DNA of 64,000 nt from Alloascoidea hylecoeti. Its lineage: Eukaryota. The notes under the pieces are model-generated. The model saw only the letters and a list, made by a program, of their open reading frames with translations. It did no database searches and was not told the origin of the DNA. How positions within the stretch are numbered: position 1 is the first letter of the stretch; each line of letters begins with the position of its first letter. Where the stretch lies: contig BCKZ01000013.1 in the NCBI GenBank assembly GCA_001600815.1, positions 186,001-250,000 on the forward strand, read 5' to 3'. Of the stretch, positions 50,009 through 63,557 are shown one piece after another. The position numbers were made by a program, and so were the translations under genes.

Positions 50009-50713
50009 ATGGAACAAACCAAACGGAATACAATACAAACTAACACCAGGTCGAGGACTAAGAAGAATCCTCATAAAGATGCTGCTTTAAATGTTAAAAG
50101 AACTATGAAACTTCGGAAAATGGATAATGATCTTAATGTTGTACCCCCTGAACCGATACTATTACTTGATAATACAACAGAAGATAATAATAGCTTTAAT
50201 GATGATGGACGTGGTGATGATGATACACAAGCCCAAATAAATACAACAGATACTAATACTAGGGTTAAACAAACACACGAAGTATGGGCCAAAAATGTTC
50301 ATGTCGATGATTCTTGTCTTGTTACTGGCAGTGATGGTTATAATGTTGGTTCATATACTGTATGGACAATCCGGATACAAGCCACTAATGGTGGTAATAT
50401 AATATTACACAAAAGATATAGTGATTTTGATAGATTAAGAAGAAAATTAGTTAGAAATTATGGTGATTCAATATCAAAGAGACAAATGGAACTTGGTTCA
50501 ATTGCTATACCAACAAGTAATAAAAATGATAAAAATAATGGTATTAAATTAAGAATACCTGAACTACCTCCAAAAAGTGTTTTTAATAATTTCAAAAAAG
50601 AATTTTTATCAGAAAGACGTCAAGGATTGGAATTTTTTTTAGCAAGTGTTTTATTAGATCCAAGAATTGGGAAATCAAATATTGTTAAAGAATTTCTTTC
50701 AATTAATTCTTAA
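50009..50713 (+). CDS. YPT35: PX-domain endosomal/vacuolar adaptor Ypt35
   Basis: YTVWTIRI..HKRYSDFDRLR..IPELPPKS..FLSERRQGLEFFLASVLLDP; N-terminal LNVVPPEPILL fits the Vps13-adaptor PxP motif. Confidence 0.85.
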   Translation: MEQTKRNTIQTNTRSRTKKNPHKDAALNVKRTMKLRKMDNDLNVVPPEPILLLDNTTEDNNSFNDDGRGDDDTQAQINTTDTNTRVKQTHEVWAKNVHVDDSCLVTGSDGYNVGSYTVWTIRIQATNGGNIILHKRYSDFDRLRRKLVRNYGDSISKRQMELGSIAIPTSNKNDKNNGIKLRIPELPPKSVFNNFKKEFLSERRQGLEFFLASVLLDPRIGKSNIVKEFLSINS

Positions 50714-51078
50714 TATTATTTGAACTACATAATTAATATATTATTTTTAAAAGACATTACATACTATAGCTACTATTTAAGGTATAAGATTGATATTACA
50801 ATATGAAATTAATGTGAATAATTTAATATAAAGAGTTATCATTGAAAAAGTTATTCAATAAGTAGCAAAATAAGAGGTTGTACTGATCGTGGAGATAAGT
50901 GATAAAGTATTTAGAGTTTATCTCAAGGAAAGATTCATGGATATCTGTAATTCAACACTTGTGTTTAAATTTCGGGCTTATTATACAGAGAATATATATT
51001 GAATTATGTTCATCAGCTTCTTTAATATTGATGGTAAAAATAATAGCTAAAAGTTGAGTGTGATGTTAGGGAATGAAT

Positions 51079-51645
51079 TCAAAAGAAAACCTCTCTTCTT
51101 GGAGTCATCATAGGCTTTGTGCTATTCTCAGTTTCAGAAGGTGTGGATTTGCTTGTGGATCTATCCTTTATCCTTATTCTAGGAGTAGTTCGCAGAGTTC
51201 CTAGTATTTTCCAGAATGCTTGATTCTGCATTATCCAGTTATTGCTTTTAGATTTTGGTATCTCAGACCCGTATTCGATTATTAGTATCACACACAAAAG
51301 GCATGATTATCTCATATATCAAGGTGATTGAAAGTCCGTTCTTTCTGTTTTAATAACCAGGGGGTTTCTATGTTTGGTATTTTGTAGTCTAAATTCTATC
51401 TGTAGTATTATAGTGCTAGTATGTATGCTCAGATTCTTTAGCGCCATTTGGGGACTCCAAAGATTATTGAGATAGCTGTGAATGAATCCTAGTTTAAGTC
51501 CTAAGTCAGACTCTGTTAAGTTAGGTCTTGCCCAATAGTAACATTGCAGGAGTATCACTGACCATGTCATGAATGGATGAGTTAATATAAGCACATGTAA
51601 TAAGTTTTGTTTTTTCTTCTTTTTATTGTCGATCATAGACTTCAA
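51079..51645 (-). pseudogene. Probable non-LTR (L1/Zorro-like) retrotransposon ORF2 C-terminal zinc-binding region remnant
   Basis: The 51319-51645 and 51079-51297 ORFs are in one frame separated by two stops: ..LNNLWSP..FQSP*YMR*SCLLC....QAFWKILG, resembling the zf-RVT CxxC...FW pattern. Confidence 0.35.
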
Positions 51646-52732
51646 TCATTATTTTGATCACATAAAACACAGCACAAATGAATACCGTTTTGATCTTATG
51701 ATTTAATTTGCATATAATTTTGATATCCCAGTATAATTATCACTAGAAGAATCATTCGCTTCCTATTGATTGGTAACGTAACTATTCATGATTAGGCCAA
51801 ATTTTTACATTATTAACATTGTTTAACATTATCAATCTTAGTGTCATTAGAAACCATTACCTCATTTCTTTCTATTAATGTATCTGAACTCATAGGATCA
51901 TCTCCACCTCAAAAGAAGAATTCGAGTGGATAAACTAGCATTATCATCATCAATCTTGTGATTAAGCTTATCTCTCTACACGATCGTGCATTTTATGAAT
52001 TCAACAGCCTCACTTTTGGTGTGCAGCACTTATTGAATGAACATTATGAATAGTCATAATTACTTTCATCAGCATTACTTTATATTATACTCCGGTCGAA
52101 GCAACAACCTATTGATCGGCCGCCAAGTCTTCGTTTACTGCTCAAGCACCTTGACCTCTTCTTTTGCATGCTTTCTTACAACCTCTGTTTACTTTAAAAA
52201 TACGCGTATAAGACTTATATTGCAATATTGCATTTTTATTAACAGATTCCCGCATTTATTATCGATAATTCAACTTGCAAATATTGCAATTTATATTGTA
52301 ATCTTTGCTTCTAATGAAGTAATTAAAAATTATGATCTGGTGGGAAACACGTTAACTAAGCTTAAACCAGTATATAAGTTAAGATTTATGCTCTGAAATT
52401 TTGACGTTTCAACCATGATATTTTAGGTTCTCCAAGCCTACCAATTAACTCCGAATCCACGTTCTTTATAGTTAAAGGAACGAACCTAGCTAGAAAAAAA
52501 AAAATAATGACCGTTTAGCCAATTTTTGTTACTTGTTTAAATTTACAATTATAAAGTTTATATTTATTTTAGAAAACTGATTTATTATGGATTTCTAGGA
52601 TTACATCATTATTTATTATTTGGTTGTGTATATGCATAATATTTATTATCTAAAACAGTTTATAAACAAACTTTTTCCCACGTTTCTTATTTTTTTACTT
52701 GTCAACAATAATATATAATCCAAAATAATATC

Positions 52733-54553
52733 ATGGCAGGATTAAGAATCAAAGAACCAAAGAATTATGATGGTCCGATAACAGGTACTATTGTCATGAT
52801 GTCTCAACATGATGATGCAAATGAGAGTCATAAAACTATGGTTGATGAAACATTAACTTCAGATTCAAGTGTTCGGGATCAAATACCTTTAGAGTTAAAA
52901 ACAACAAAAGATGGTATTGTTTTATCACCACAACCACAAGATAATCCAAATGATCCGTTAAATTGGCCAATATGGAAAAGAGATTTAGCTTTATTAGTTA
53001 TTGGATTTCATAGTTTTATTGGTGGTGGTCAATCATCAATGTTAGCTGCTGCATTTTCAACTCTTGAAGAAGAATTTGGTAGAACCTCAGATGATATTTC
53101 TTATCTTGTTGGTGCTTTTATGTTAGCTATGGGTTTTGGATCAGTTATTGCTGCTCCAACTGCTGTTGTTTATGGTAAAAGATTTGTTTACATCATTGGT
53201 ATTATTATATTTTTCGCTGGTGCATTATGGGGTGGTGCTTCAAAATCTTTTGGTTCATTAATTGGTGCAAGGGTTATAATGGGTTTTGGTACAAGTCCAG
53301 TTGAATCATTACCTTCAGCAACAATTGCTGAAATTTATTTTCAACATGAAAGAGCTTATAGATTAGGTATTTATACAATGTTATTATTAGGTGGTAAAAA
53401 TTTAGTTCCCATGATTGCTGGTTTTATTGTGCATGGAATAAATTGGAATTGGTTATTTTGGATTTTAAGTATTATACTTGCTGTTGAAGTTGTTTCAACT
53501 TTTTTATTTGCTCCAGAAACTTTTTGGGATAGACGTCCAATTCCAAGTAAATTAAGTTTAATTGAAACTGAAGCTGCTAGAGAAGTTGCTAGAGAACATG
53601 AACATGAACATGAACATGAAAATGATCAACATAATCTTACATTAAATCCTAAAACTGAACAAAATGATGATAATGATGGTCTATCTGATGTTGAATCTGA
53701 AGTATCATTAGAAGCTCAAAATGGGCCAGTTAGAATGGTTGAAGATGTGGATGTTGATAAAATCCCATCTCGTCAACGTGATTTCAAAAAAAGAACTTGG
53801 GCACAAGAATTAGCCATTTTTTCAGGCAAACATTCACAAGATAAATGGTGGATGGTTGCATGTAGACCATTTGTTTTATATTTATATCCAGCTGTTTTAT
53901 TTGGAACATTAATTTATTCATTATCAGTTGTTTGGTTAATTGTTTTATCAGAAGTTATTTCAAATGTTTTCACAAATTCTCCTTATAATTATTCACCAAC
54001 AATTGTTAGTTTATTTTATATTTCTCCATTTATTGGTGGATTTATTGGTTCTTTGGTTGCAGGAAAATTAAGTGATTATCTTGTTAGAGTAATGTCAACC
54101 CGGAATAATGGTATTTATGAACCAGAATTCAGATTAGTTATGATTTTACCAACTTGTTTATCAATTGGAATTGGTATTATGGGATTTGGTTGGTCATCAG
54201 AAGAAGCAGATCTTTGGATTGTACCAGTTGTATTTTTTGGTATACTTGGATTTGGTTGTTCATTAGGTTCAACAACGGCAATTACATTTGCAATTGATTC
54301 ATATAAAATGTTTGCAGCAGAAACATTAGTTACATTTAATTTTACAAAAAATGTTCTTGGATTTTGTTTTTCATTATTTAATAATAAATTTGTTAATCAT
54401 CAAGGTATTAAAGATGCATTTGTTGTTTTTGGATGTATTGAAATATTTGTTTGTCTTTTTGCTTTACCTTTATATATTTATGGTAAAAGATTAAGAAGAT
54501 GGACAGATGTTTCTAAATTTATGAAACATTTATATGTTGAAAAAGAAGATTAA
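52733..54553 (+). CDS. MFS transporter, Hol1-like (DHA1-related) family
   Basis: About 12 transmembrane segments; LKTTKDGIVLSPQPQDNPNDPLNW, YGKRFVY, PETFW and RNNGIYEPEFRL. Confidence 0.88.
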   Translation: MAGLRIKEPKNYDGPITGTIVMMSQHDDANESHKTMVDETLTSDSSVRDQIPLELKTTKDGIVLSPQPQDNPNDPLNWPIWKRDLALLVIGFHSFIGGGQSSMLAAAFSTLEEEFGRTSDDISYLVGAFMLAMGFGSVIAAPTAVVYGKRFVYIIGIIIFFAGALWGGASKSFGSLIGARVIMGFGTSPVESLPSATIAEIYFQHERAYRLGIYTMLLLGGKNLVPMIAGFIVHGINWNWLFWILSIILAVEVVSTFLFAPETFWDRRPIPSKLSLIETEAAREVAREHEHEHEHENDQHNLTLNPKTEQNDDNDGLSDVESEVSLEAQNGPVRMVEDVDVDKIPSRQRDFKKRTWAQELAIFSGKHSQDKWWMVACRPFVLYLYPAVLFGTLIYSLSVVWLIVLSEVISNVFTNSPYNYSPTIVSLFYISPFIGGFIGSLVAGKLSDYLVRVMSTRNNGIYEPEFRLVMILPTCLSIGIGIMGFGWSSEEADLWIVPVVFFGILGFGCSLGSTTAITFAIDSYKMFAAETLVTFNFTKNVLGFCFSLFNNKFVNHQGIKDAFVVFGCIEIFVCLFALPLYIYGKRLRRWTDVSKFMKHLYVEKED

Positions 54554-55078
54554 GAACTTAACAATTAATATTGCATTATAAATTTAATTTGTTAATGGTT
54601 ATATGTTAAATATTAACACGGCATTATAGAATATACAATATATGACTATAACTATTGCAATTAATATTGTTGATTATATTTGTTTAAATTTCCAGTTGGT
54701 ATGATTCTCTTTTAATAATTTTTTGTCTTTCTTTTGATTTTATATTAATAATTTGAAAAAGTATTCATTTTTGTTAATTCATATATATGCATGCACTTTT
54801 ATATTTTTCATTGGATATTTAGCATTTTTTATAATTTCAAATCATTATAGATTAATTGTATAATGATCTACTAATAGCAATATAATGATAATGATTTTGA
54901 TAATGATTTTGATAATGTTTAATAAAAAAGATTTGTATGTTGCCTGGTGGTCACGTGTCCACTTTGTCAGTTATCGTATATTTGAGTGGCGCTCATCAAG
55001 ATTACATAATATATAAAAACAAACCTCCCAGATCCCTTCTTCTTTTCCAACAATCGCCAAAAAAATAAAGACAAATCA

Positions 55079-56400
55079 ATGTTTAAGTGGGTTAAAGCTA
55101 GGTATGCATCATCCGTTGATTATACCTCTTTTGTTTGTCCCTTTCTTCTAACGTATATCCTTGGATCTATAATAGCATCTCTTCTGCAACCGGACTCGCA
55201 GAACCAGAATATGGTCCCTCCGCCTTCCATTCAGTAGCTGATTCAGTAGTTGATATCCAACCTTTTACTGAAACTACACCAGCTGACTTTAATTGGTTAC
55301 ACCCCGAAACAACAAATGTCGAAACTCAAACATTTTATTTCTCAAATGAAATTCATTGGGGTTTTGCACAAATTATACATTCAAATATCGTTGGTGTTTA
55401 TACAACCGCACAATTAAGTGTTAAAATTTTTAAACACAATGATTCAAAATCTGAAAAGATTTGGACAACTGATCCCCTGGTTAATTTTCAACCAAATGGA
55501 CAAGATTTTATTTCTGACGATCTAAATTTTAAATTTGAATATAATGAAGAAACAAAGGAAGAAAAATTTATTTTAAAAGCAAATGTCAATAAAGAATCTC
55601 GTTTAGATTTAATTTTTAAAAGAAAATCTCCAGGTTTTAAAATTGGTGGCAATGGTGTTAGTGTTTTTGGTTATAAACTTGAAGAACCTTGGGGAATCAT
55701 GAGACATGCTTTTTGGCCTAGAGCTGATGTAAATGGTACAATTACAACTATTAAGAAATCAGCCTCAACTGTTAATGATGATAATGATGATAAATCAACT
55801 ACTGATGAATCAGAAGCGGAAGATGAAGTTATCAAATTTGAAAATGGTAAAGGAATGTTTGTAATGGCACTACAAGGTATGAAACCACATCATGCTGCAT
55901 CACGATGGGAATTTCTTAATTTTCAATCAAAAAATTATTCTGTTGTTTTAATGCAATTTACAACTCCTGCTTCATATGGATCAAAAATTGTTTCTGTTGG
56001 TTGTGTAGCAAAAGATGATGAAATTTTAGCAGCAACGGTAAATAATAAAATAGCTCATGTTAAAACTGAAAATGATGAAGAAACTGGTTGGAATCCACCA
56101 ACTGAAATTAAATTTATATTAAATGGTCCTGGATCAAAAGCAACTGATGAAGAAATTAAATCAGGTAAGTTTAAATCATTAACAGCAACAATTGAAGGAA
56201 AATTAAATTTTATTTATGATAAAATTATTATAATGGCTGAAATTCCAAATATTGTCAAAAATTTAGTTTCTGGTATTGTTGGTATTAAACCTGTCATTTA
56301 TCAATTTGATAATACATTAAAATTAAAATTGGAATTGCCAAATGGTGAAATGATTGAAGAAGAAGGAGATGCTATTAGTGAAACTACTTTTATTAGTTAA
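55079..56400 (+). CDS. SVF1: Survival factor 1, 2 exons
   Basis: Exon 1 (55079-55101) encodes MFKWVKA; intron GTATGC..TTCTAAC..TAG; exon 2 from 55176 has TGLAEPEYG, TNVETQTFY, MRHAFWPR, ALQGMKPHHAASRW and SETTFIS*. GTCACGTG lies upstream at 54950. Confidence 0.92.
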
Positions 56401-57339
56401 GTTATCATTAATCATGAATAGATGGAAGTATAGTCTACGTGCAGAATGATTTTATTTCTATGGCTTTCAATCGCTTCTTAGCCTCCCTTTTTTTTAGTGA
56501 TTTGCTCTAATATTTCTCTTAATTAATTAATTAATTAATTTATGTTAATGACATGAACATATGATATGAAAATTAATTTTACATTTTAACATTTTAACAT
56601 TTTAATTTTTGCTTTAATTTTTTCACGAACTCATATATATTTAATTAAATACTTTTATATTTATTTTCTTTCAAATTTTATCTTAAATACATAATTAACT
56701 GATAATTAATATTAATAACTAATTTAAAATTCTTACCTTTTATATTGAATTACTTATTGAAATGATAATATTAATATAATGTTTAACTGTTATTGTATAG
56801 TTAACGTTACTAGTTTGGTATGGAAAAACAACTTTAAACGGATCAACATCCAAACATCTCAACCCTAATTATTGCCTCGCGATGTTTCCGAACTCCGAGT
56901 ACCCTTATTTTCGGCCACCTAAATTCTAACTTATTTGCTAAGTTAGTTATTTAAGCTACCCGGAACTTTCCACCAAAACATAATTTTATAATTAACTATA
57001 GGGGCCTCGGTAAGAATATGCATTTATGATACATAAATTATTCTTGTATTTCTCCATTTTCATATCAATATGATCAATAAAAAACAAAACTTCAAAACCT
57101 TTATCTTTTAAAAATAGAATCTCTAATATTGGTGAATTCGATATATCGTTAATAAACACACCTGTGATGAAAAGAACACATCCTTTTTTTTTAAAAAGTG
57201 AAATACTGTTATCAAAAAGGTATTTATTTATTAGATGTGTCAATTAGACACTCATTAAGTTTCTTGTTTTCCTTGGTCGCGGAGCTATGTACATGTATAT
57301 ATCAATTGTTTAATTTACATGATTTTAAATATTGAAAAT

Positions 57340-57840
57340 AAAATATATATTAGATGTAAATAAAGACTATGAAACATGTGAACTAATCTAACTCTTTTGG
57401 AATGAGGGATTGCGATTGATCGTGATTTTGTGAGGTTGGAATTTGATTGATAGTTAGTAGCTTCTTCGTTTTCATGTTTCTTACCAAGAGACACATATTG
57501 GAATAATAATTGAAGATAAATTTCTATTATGGTCCTCTTTTGTGACCTCTAAGATTGGTCGCAACTGATTTGTGGTTGGATGGAAATCTAATTGCAATAT
57601 GATCATAAATCCTCATAATTTGATGATTGGAATTGATTATTAGAATTATATTCAAAATCTGTATCAAAGGATAATTCATTTGATCTTTAATTTAGTTATT
57701 TTTATTATTAGAATTCCTAATAAAGGTTTACTTTGATGAAGGTAATCTGTAAAACATGATAATAAAAAATGGGAATAAGTAAGTAGAACAGATGGTTTCG
57801 GTGAAGTGAGAACTTTCCAATTATTAAATACACAAAAGAT
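57340..57840 (-). repeat. Dispersed repeat / decayed ORF family, copy 3 (inverted)
   Basis: The reverse strand reads tattatcATGttttacagattacct.. (ATG 57757; MFYRLPSSK*) through ttccaaaagagtTAG (57388) and atgtttcatagtctttatttac. Confidence 0.8.
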
Positions 57841-58321
57841 TAATGATATTCATGATTATTCAGAAAAAGATATGAATAATAAAATTCCACTTTTAAATTA
57901 GTAATCCTTCTAAAAACATACAACTGAAAGCTAATAAAAACCCTCTAATTATAATCAGTTTTCACGGTTTGATTATAAAGATTTAAAACAAAATGATATC
58001 AAAACATTGATTGAAACGGCACGCTATGAAACTAAAACTCTCTATATTCTATGGACCGAGAGATGTGGACTTTTCTTTTCTTCTCTAGAAAGTATTTTTC
58101 TACATTAGTGAAAGTTAATCTGTGGATGAAATAATATCGAGGTTAATTGTGTGTACCTAGTACAAATGTTAAAGTTTTTATTCTATTATATCTATCATCA
58201 ATATGGCCATTAATATCAGCGTTAATCTAATGTTTATTCCACATCTGCTAATTTACTCACATTTTCAACATAGTATAATACCCCCTAGCATTATCCCAAT
58301 CATAAAATGATGCTGGTAGTT

Positions 58322-60144
58322 TTATTTCTCATAATTCAATGCTTGGTCCCAAAATGCGATCTCCATCTTTGTTACTGTTGCAAAAATATCAACAATATGT
58401 TCGATTTTCTCTGGAGATTCCCTTAAAACGTAAACTTCCAATGTTTCCTTCCCAATTGCCGAAGCCTCTAAATAATCAATAGCAGTATATTGCTCAATCC
58501 ATCTCCAATATCTATTCTCACTTTTTTTCGAATTCATCTCTTGATCTTTAACAATATTATCTGCTGCAACACCATATCCTAAAAGACAAGGACTAAGTGC
58601 AACTTTTAAATCAAACCAAGAATATGTATGCCCAACATCAAGTAAATATTTGGTATACGCATATGTTACAAGACCTTGGTCTTCCTTTAATATCATTTCT
58701 TTGGAAATACCGAAGGATTCACAATATTCAAGATGCATTTCCATTTCTTTTGCTATATGCTGAACAATTGCAGATTCCTATATATTAGTTTTAGTTATGT
58801 TTTGTAATATTTGAGATGAATATAAGATCTTATACACTTACTTTTGTAACAATGTCTAAATCCGTTGCTTTGTATCCTGCTAATGAATGGGCCCGAGCAT
58901 ACTGAATGAGATAGAGATAATCTGAATAAAGATGTTTGGATTAGAGTGAAATCATAACTTCAGCTAATAATATGAATAATTTCTAGAAGGAAATTAAAAA
59001 AAAAGAGAAAAATTACAATTATAATCATACCTTGTTTCAAAAAATATTTGAAATTTTCAATATCAAGAACGTTTTCACCAATTTGATGAACAAAAGGATG
59101 ATTTACATAATTGTCCCAATGCTTCTGTACTTTAGGATGATTGATTAAATATTCAACAAAGTGACCAGATTGAAACGGGAGAGATAATAGTTTATATGAG
59201 TGATTAATTGGACCGTAGCCATGGCCAATTTCAGGGGCGGTTAAGATAGCTCCATGAACGTATGTTATTGCATTTTCAATTGCCTCGGAGATTGTCTGTT
59301 TCTTTGCCAAGTTTGAGGCAATTGCAGAGGCTAATGTGCATCCAGTTCCGTGTGTATTGTTACTTTCCACATAAGGTGATTCAAATAGAAAAAACTGATC
59401 TGTTTTTCCAAGGTAAAGAACATCAAATACTTTATAATCAGTTCTGGATTCTGATGTGTTGGGTATTGATGAATTATCCACCAATTTGAACTCGTTGGTT
59501 CTCACTTGATGACCCCCTTTAATTAAAACATTTTGGGGACCACATTTTTGTAAAATTTTGGCTGCTTCTTTAACATCATCTAAACTATCAAATTTTGCAA
59601 TCGTATCATATCCTTTCTTTAAATATGATAGTATAAATCGTGCTTCTAAGATATTTGGTGTAATCAAAAATGAAAGAGGGAATAGATTCTGAATATAATC
59701 GGATATGGCTTCTGAAGGCAATAAGACAAACCCAGAAGTAGAAATCATAACTGGATCAACAACAATTGGCCCCACAAAATTGTATTCTTTTATTTTTGAA
59801 CAAAGTATAGAAATTGTATCACTTGATGTTAACATTCCCGTTTTGATGACTTTAATATCAATATCCTGAAAATTAGCATCTAATAAAGCAGAGATAAACG
59901 ATTTATCTGATACAGGATATGTTTGTTTAACACCTTTTGTGTTTTGGGCTGTAAGAGCAGTAATTACTGTTAGCCCATAACATCCATGTGCTGAGATTGT
60001 TTTCAGATCAGCTTCGATTCCTGCTCCTCCTGAAGAATCAGATCCTGCTACGGTCATGACACAGGGGAGATCTGCTTTGATAGTACTATTTGAAGAATTC
60101 AAAATTTGAATAAATTCATCTTCATGATCTGTGTTTGTTGACAT
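58322..60144 (-). CDS. THI20: Thi20/21/22-family HMP(-P) kinase fused to a TenA (thiaminase II) domain, 3 exons
   Basis: Exons 60144-59031, 58921-58842 and 58777-58322 give 549 aa: TVAGSDSSGGAGIEADLKT, ALTAQNT, VVDPVM, THGTGCTLASAIA, FLKQDYLYL, PCLLGY, EIAFW. Confidence 0.93.
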
Positions 60145-60223
60145 ATTTTTCTTTTCGGGCTATTTTTCAATTGTTGATTTGACTTTGAGTTTATTCTAAA
60201 AGCGGTAAGAAATTAATAGGTGA

Positions 60224-60419
60224 ATGAGTCATGGTGATCATAAGACCACTTTCTTAGCCTCATTTGGATATTCCGGAAGATTAACTGTTAACTTACGGGG
60301 TATATTACCATAATCATTATCAATTAGTATAATCACCAATTAAAGATAAACCGATATCATACCCCATGTGTAACAACGATTTTTCTGTTTAGGACGATTA
60401 CAAGATGAATATGAGTCAC
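60224..60419. promoter_or_regulatory. Gcn4/AP-1-type sites upstream of the THI20-like gene
   Basis: ATGAGTCAT at 60224-60232 and ATGAGTCAC at 60411-60419. Confidence 0.5.
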
Positions 60420-63400
60420 CAAAGGAAATATTATATAAAATATATTTGATCGATTGATTTGAAAATGATATGCATATCAAAATCAAATTCCATAAATAAT
60501 ATCTCAGAAAAATTCAACCCGGAATCTGGATCCACTTTATGATTATAAAAGAACATCGGAAGAAATTAATAAACTTTATATATATATTATATATAGCTAT
60601 TAGTTATAATGTTTTTGTGAGTACATTATTGATTAATATACCAAGGATCTAATTAGACCCAGTACTAGTTAAACTGGTTAATTTTATGGTGCGCGTCACT
60701 GAAAATTAACAATGTTTTTTCTCGCGATTTCCAGCAATATGCATGCCACTGTATATATTACGCCATATGGTAATCTCGCCACCATGAATATGCATGTATT
60801 CATCTTTATATGGTAAGTATTATTGCTTCTCACATGTAAACGTATTTCTTAACTACTTGTGTGGCCAACAAATTTGACAAAAAAGTACAAGAATTGATTC
60901 AAAACGACATGATATAGATTTGCCATTAATCTAATTTATCATTTTCTTTAATATATAAATGATGTGATTTTGGTGTTGTGGTTACATCTTTTGCGAGGGT
61001 ACTAATTTTTTTGATTTTCCTAAAAGTTGTTCGTTTTCAATGACGCGCATTACATATAAATTTAAAAAGCGTTATATTATTTATAGATATACAATATACT
61101 ATATATACATATACCATATACAATATTGTACTGTTCTAAGGTTCGAATTCCTTATAGTTGTGAATCTTGTGGTGATATCGATTGATATATATATATATAT
61201 AACTTATATATTCAATTGCAAGATAAGTTCTAGTGCCGCTGTAGCTGTAAGTGATAGCTATAAGCTTATATGGCCATGGGAAGTTTCGTAACAACCGCTA
61301 GCAAAAAATTACCAAAACAGTTTTTAAAATTAACGACAGTTGGCCCAGCTCTCAGTGGTTTTAAACATTTAACAGTTTTTTCACTGGTTATCAAAAACCC
61401 TTATTAACCGGGGCTGAGATCTCAGTCTGAAAATTAACGAGGGTAATTGGTATATTGACCTCCTGAATCCATATCTTAAATTTTATATTAGACTGGAGTC
61501 ATTTAATCCAATCCGAGCATACTCATGGTTAATAAACCTCATTCTACGGTACTTACTTTTAAAATTTAACAAAATCTATTTTTATTGCTTATATAGAAGG
61601 CACTGATCTTAGGTGAGACAGAGGAGAATCTGGTACCAGTAGTTTTCTTTTTTAAGGATTGTACAATTGCAAGTGTTTAAATTTGGCGTCGTTCAGCAGA
61701 GATGATTTTCTGAACTAGTTGTTATGAAATTTAACTTACCCTATATTAAATGTATTGATCATGATATCATTTATAATATGTAGGTTTATCTATTTGTATA
61801 ACATCAAGATATAAATACAACAAGTAAGCGTACAATAAGACTATATGCATGTTATAATTTATCCTTTTTTATGAATATAATATAATTTAAATGTTATCTC
61901 TCATAATAATTAGATGCGAAAGCGCAAATGATCACGATCACCATCAGGATCACGACTGGATGACTAGATTTTATCCTTTATTCATAATATATTGATCATT
62001 CTTCATTTTAGTGTATATAAAGGTTTTAAATGTGCACAGGCGTTGTATCTCGTATCTGAAAGTTAACAAATAGATCTTTATAAAGCAGCGTACTTACCAG
62101 GGTAGTAAACTAAATTTAAATATAATTAGTAACTAACTAAATAGCTATATAGCTATGGCCAGATCTCTGATATACCACGATAGAAAATTATTGTTATTAT
62201 TATATGTTATTATTATATTAAATAAACCCTATTAATTAGATATAAGACGAATTTTTAGATCTATCAAATAATTGGAATGATACCATTTAAATTAATTGAT
62301 TAGATATACGGAGAAATTTAATATCAATATTATGAGTATTATATTATACTTAGCTTGATATTGCAATTGTAGAACGTTTTTTTCATTATCTTGTATAATT
62401 ATATAATTATATATCTACAACGTTAATATGTTGAATTTGTGTAGGCGCGAATGTGCTATATCCTTATAGTTAAGTAGTAATTATAACGTTGGAATTGATA
62501 TAATCATATTACTACAATACCGATATGTATATATATAATGGTACCTATGATAAAATGATAGATAAACTAATATCAGTATTGTGACTCGTGAGATTACTTT
62601 AAGCTTCAAATTCAATTCTTCTTTATGATAATGAACAATCGAAACACCAAAAAATACTCCCAATTAGGCCATATTAAGACTCAGATTAAAAGGTATTGAG
62701 TCTTGATCATGACGATCCCTTACATTTCTAATTGCGATAAATCCAATATTTAATTCGATTTAATTTAATTTAACTTTAGAACAATTAGAAAAATCAAAAT
62801 AAGCGGTTTTTCCAACTCTCTTTGGATTTTGCATTTCACGCAGAACTCATCGCGTATCGCAACATTAATCGCCTCATACATTACACAACGTAAACATAAC
62901 TTAATTATAATTATATAATTCATATTCCCAATGTGGACCATTCAATTTCATAGCCACAAAAAAGTATGTGTACAATTAAGCTAAACGTTATATCCTGATC
63001 AGTAAATAAGATCGTTATATCTGGTGTAGATACAAATTGAAGGTGTTAACATCATCTTATAATAGCATAATCCGCTTTCGGATTAGGTCTAAGGGGTGTA
63101 TTAATATACCAATAATTTGCTCCTGGTATGTTTCAGCTCTTGACCAATAGATTAATTGTATTAATATCAAAAAAAATCTCGAATCAATAATAACTCCGGC
63201 AAAATTGGAATAAATTGAATCCCATTATGGATAATATGGAATAATAGTTCATTACAAGGTATCTGTAGTAATAGTAATACACAGTTTCAATATCCATAAT
63301 AAGAAAATCGACTATCACATCCTGAGCTAGGTCGTGTTAATCCTCATATTTCCGATCAGATTTTGGCATTCGATTATACAAGCGAAGATCATATCAAGAA

Positions 63401-63557
63401 TATAAATTAAACCTCAATTCCACTCTTTGAAACTACATTTTCAAATCTTCATCAGTCTTGAGCTCTCTCTACTTAGTAACTACAGCTGACTTTAAGTTAT
63501 TAACCTCATACCTAATTATAAATTTAAAGGTTATATTACAACAATTAAACAAACACA

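Noticed and set aside
60004..60006. Alternative yeast code (CUG = Ser or Ala)
   Set aside because: CTG encodes the conserved Leu of GIEADLKT in the THI20-like gene, consistent with the standard code; only a few codons were inspected.
61136..61155. tRNA gene (GGTTCGAATTCC B-box-like)
   Set aside because: No acceptor, D or anticodon arms can be formed from the AT-rich flanks.
60145..61500. TPP riboswitch upstream of the THI20-like gene
   Set aside because: No complete aptamer core (CTGAGA plus downstream ACCTGAT/GCGnAGG-type elements) was recognisable.
62091..62100. U1 snRNA 5' end (TACTTACC)
   Set aside because: It reads TACTTACCAG rather than ATACTTACCTG and no U1 structure follows. It may be a minus-strand splice donor, but I could not build a convincing gene or snoRNA host around it.
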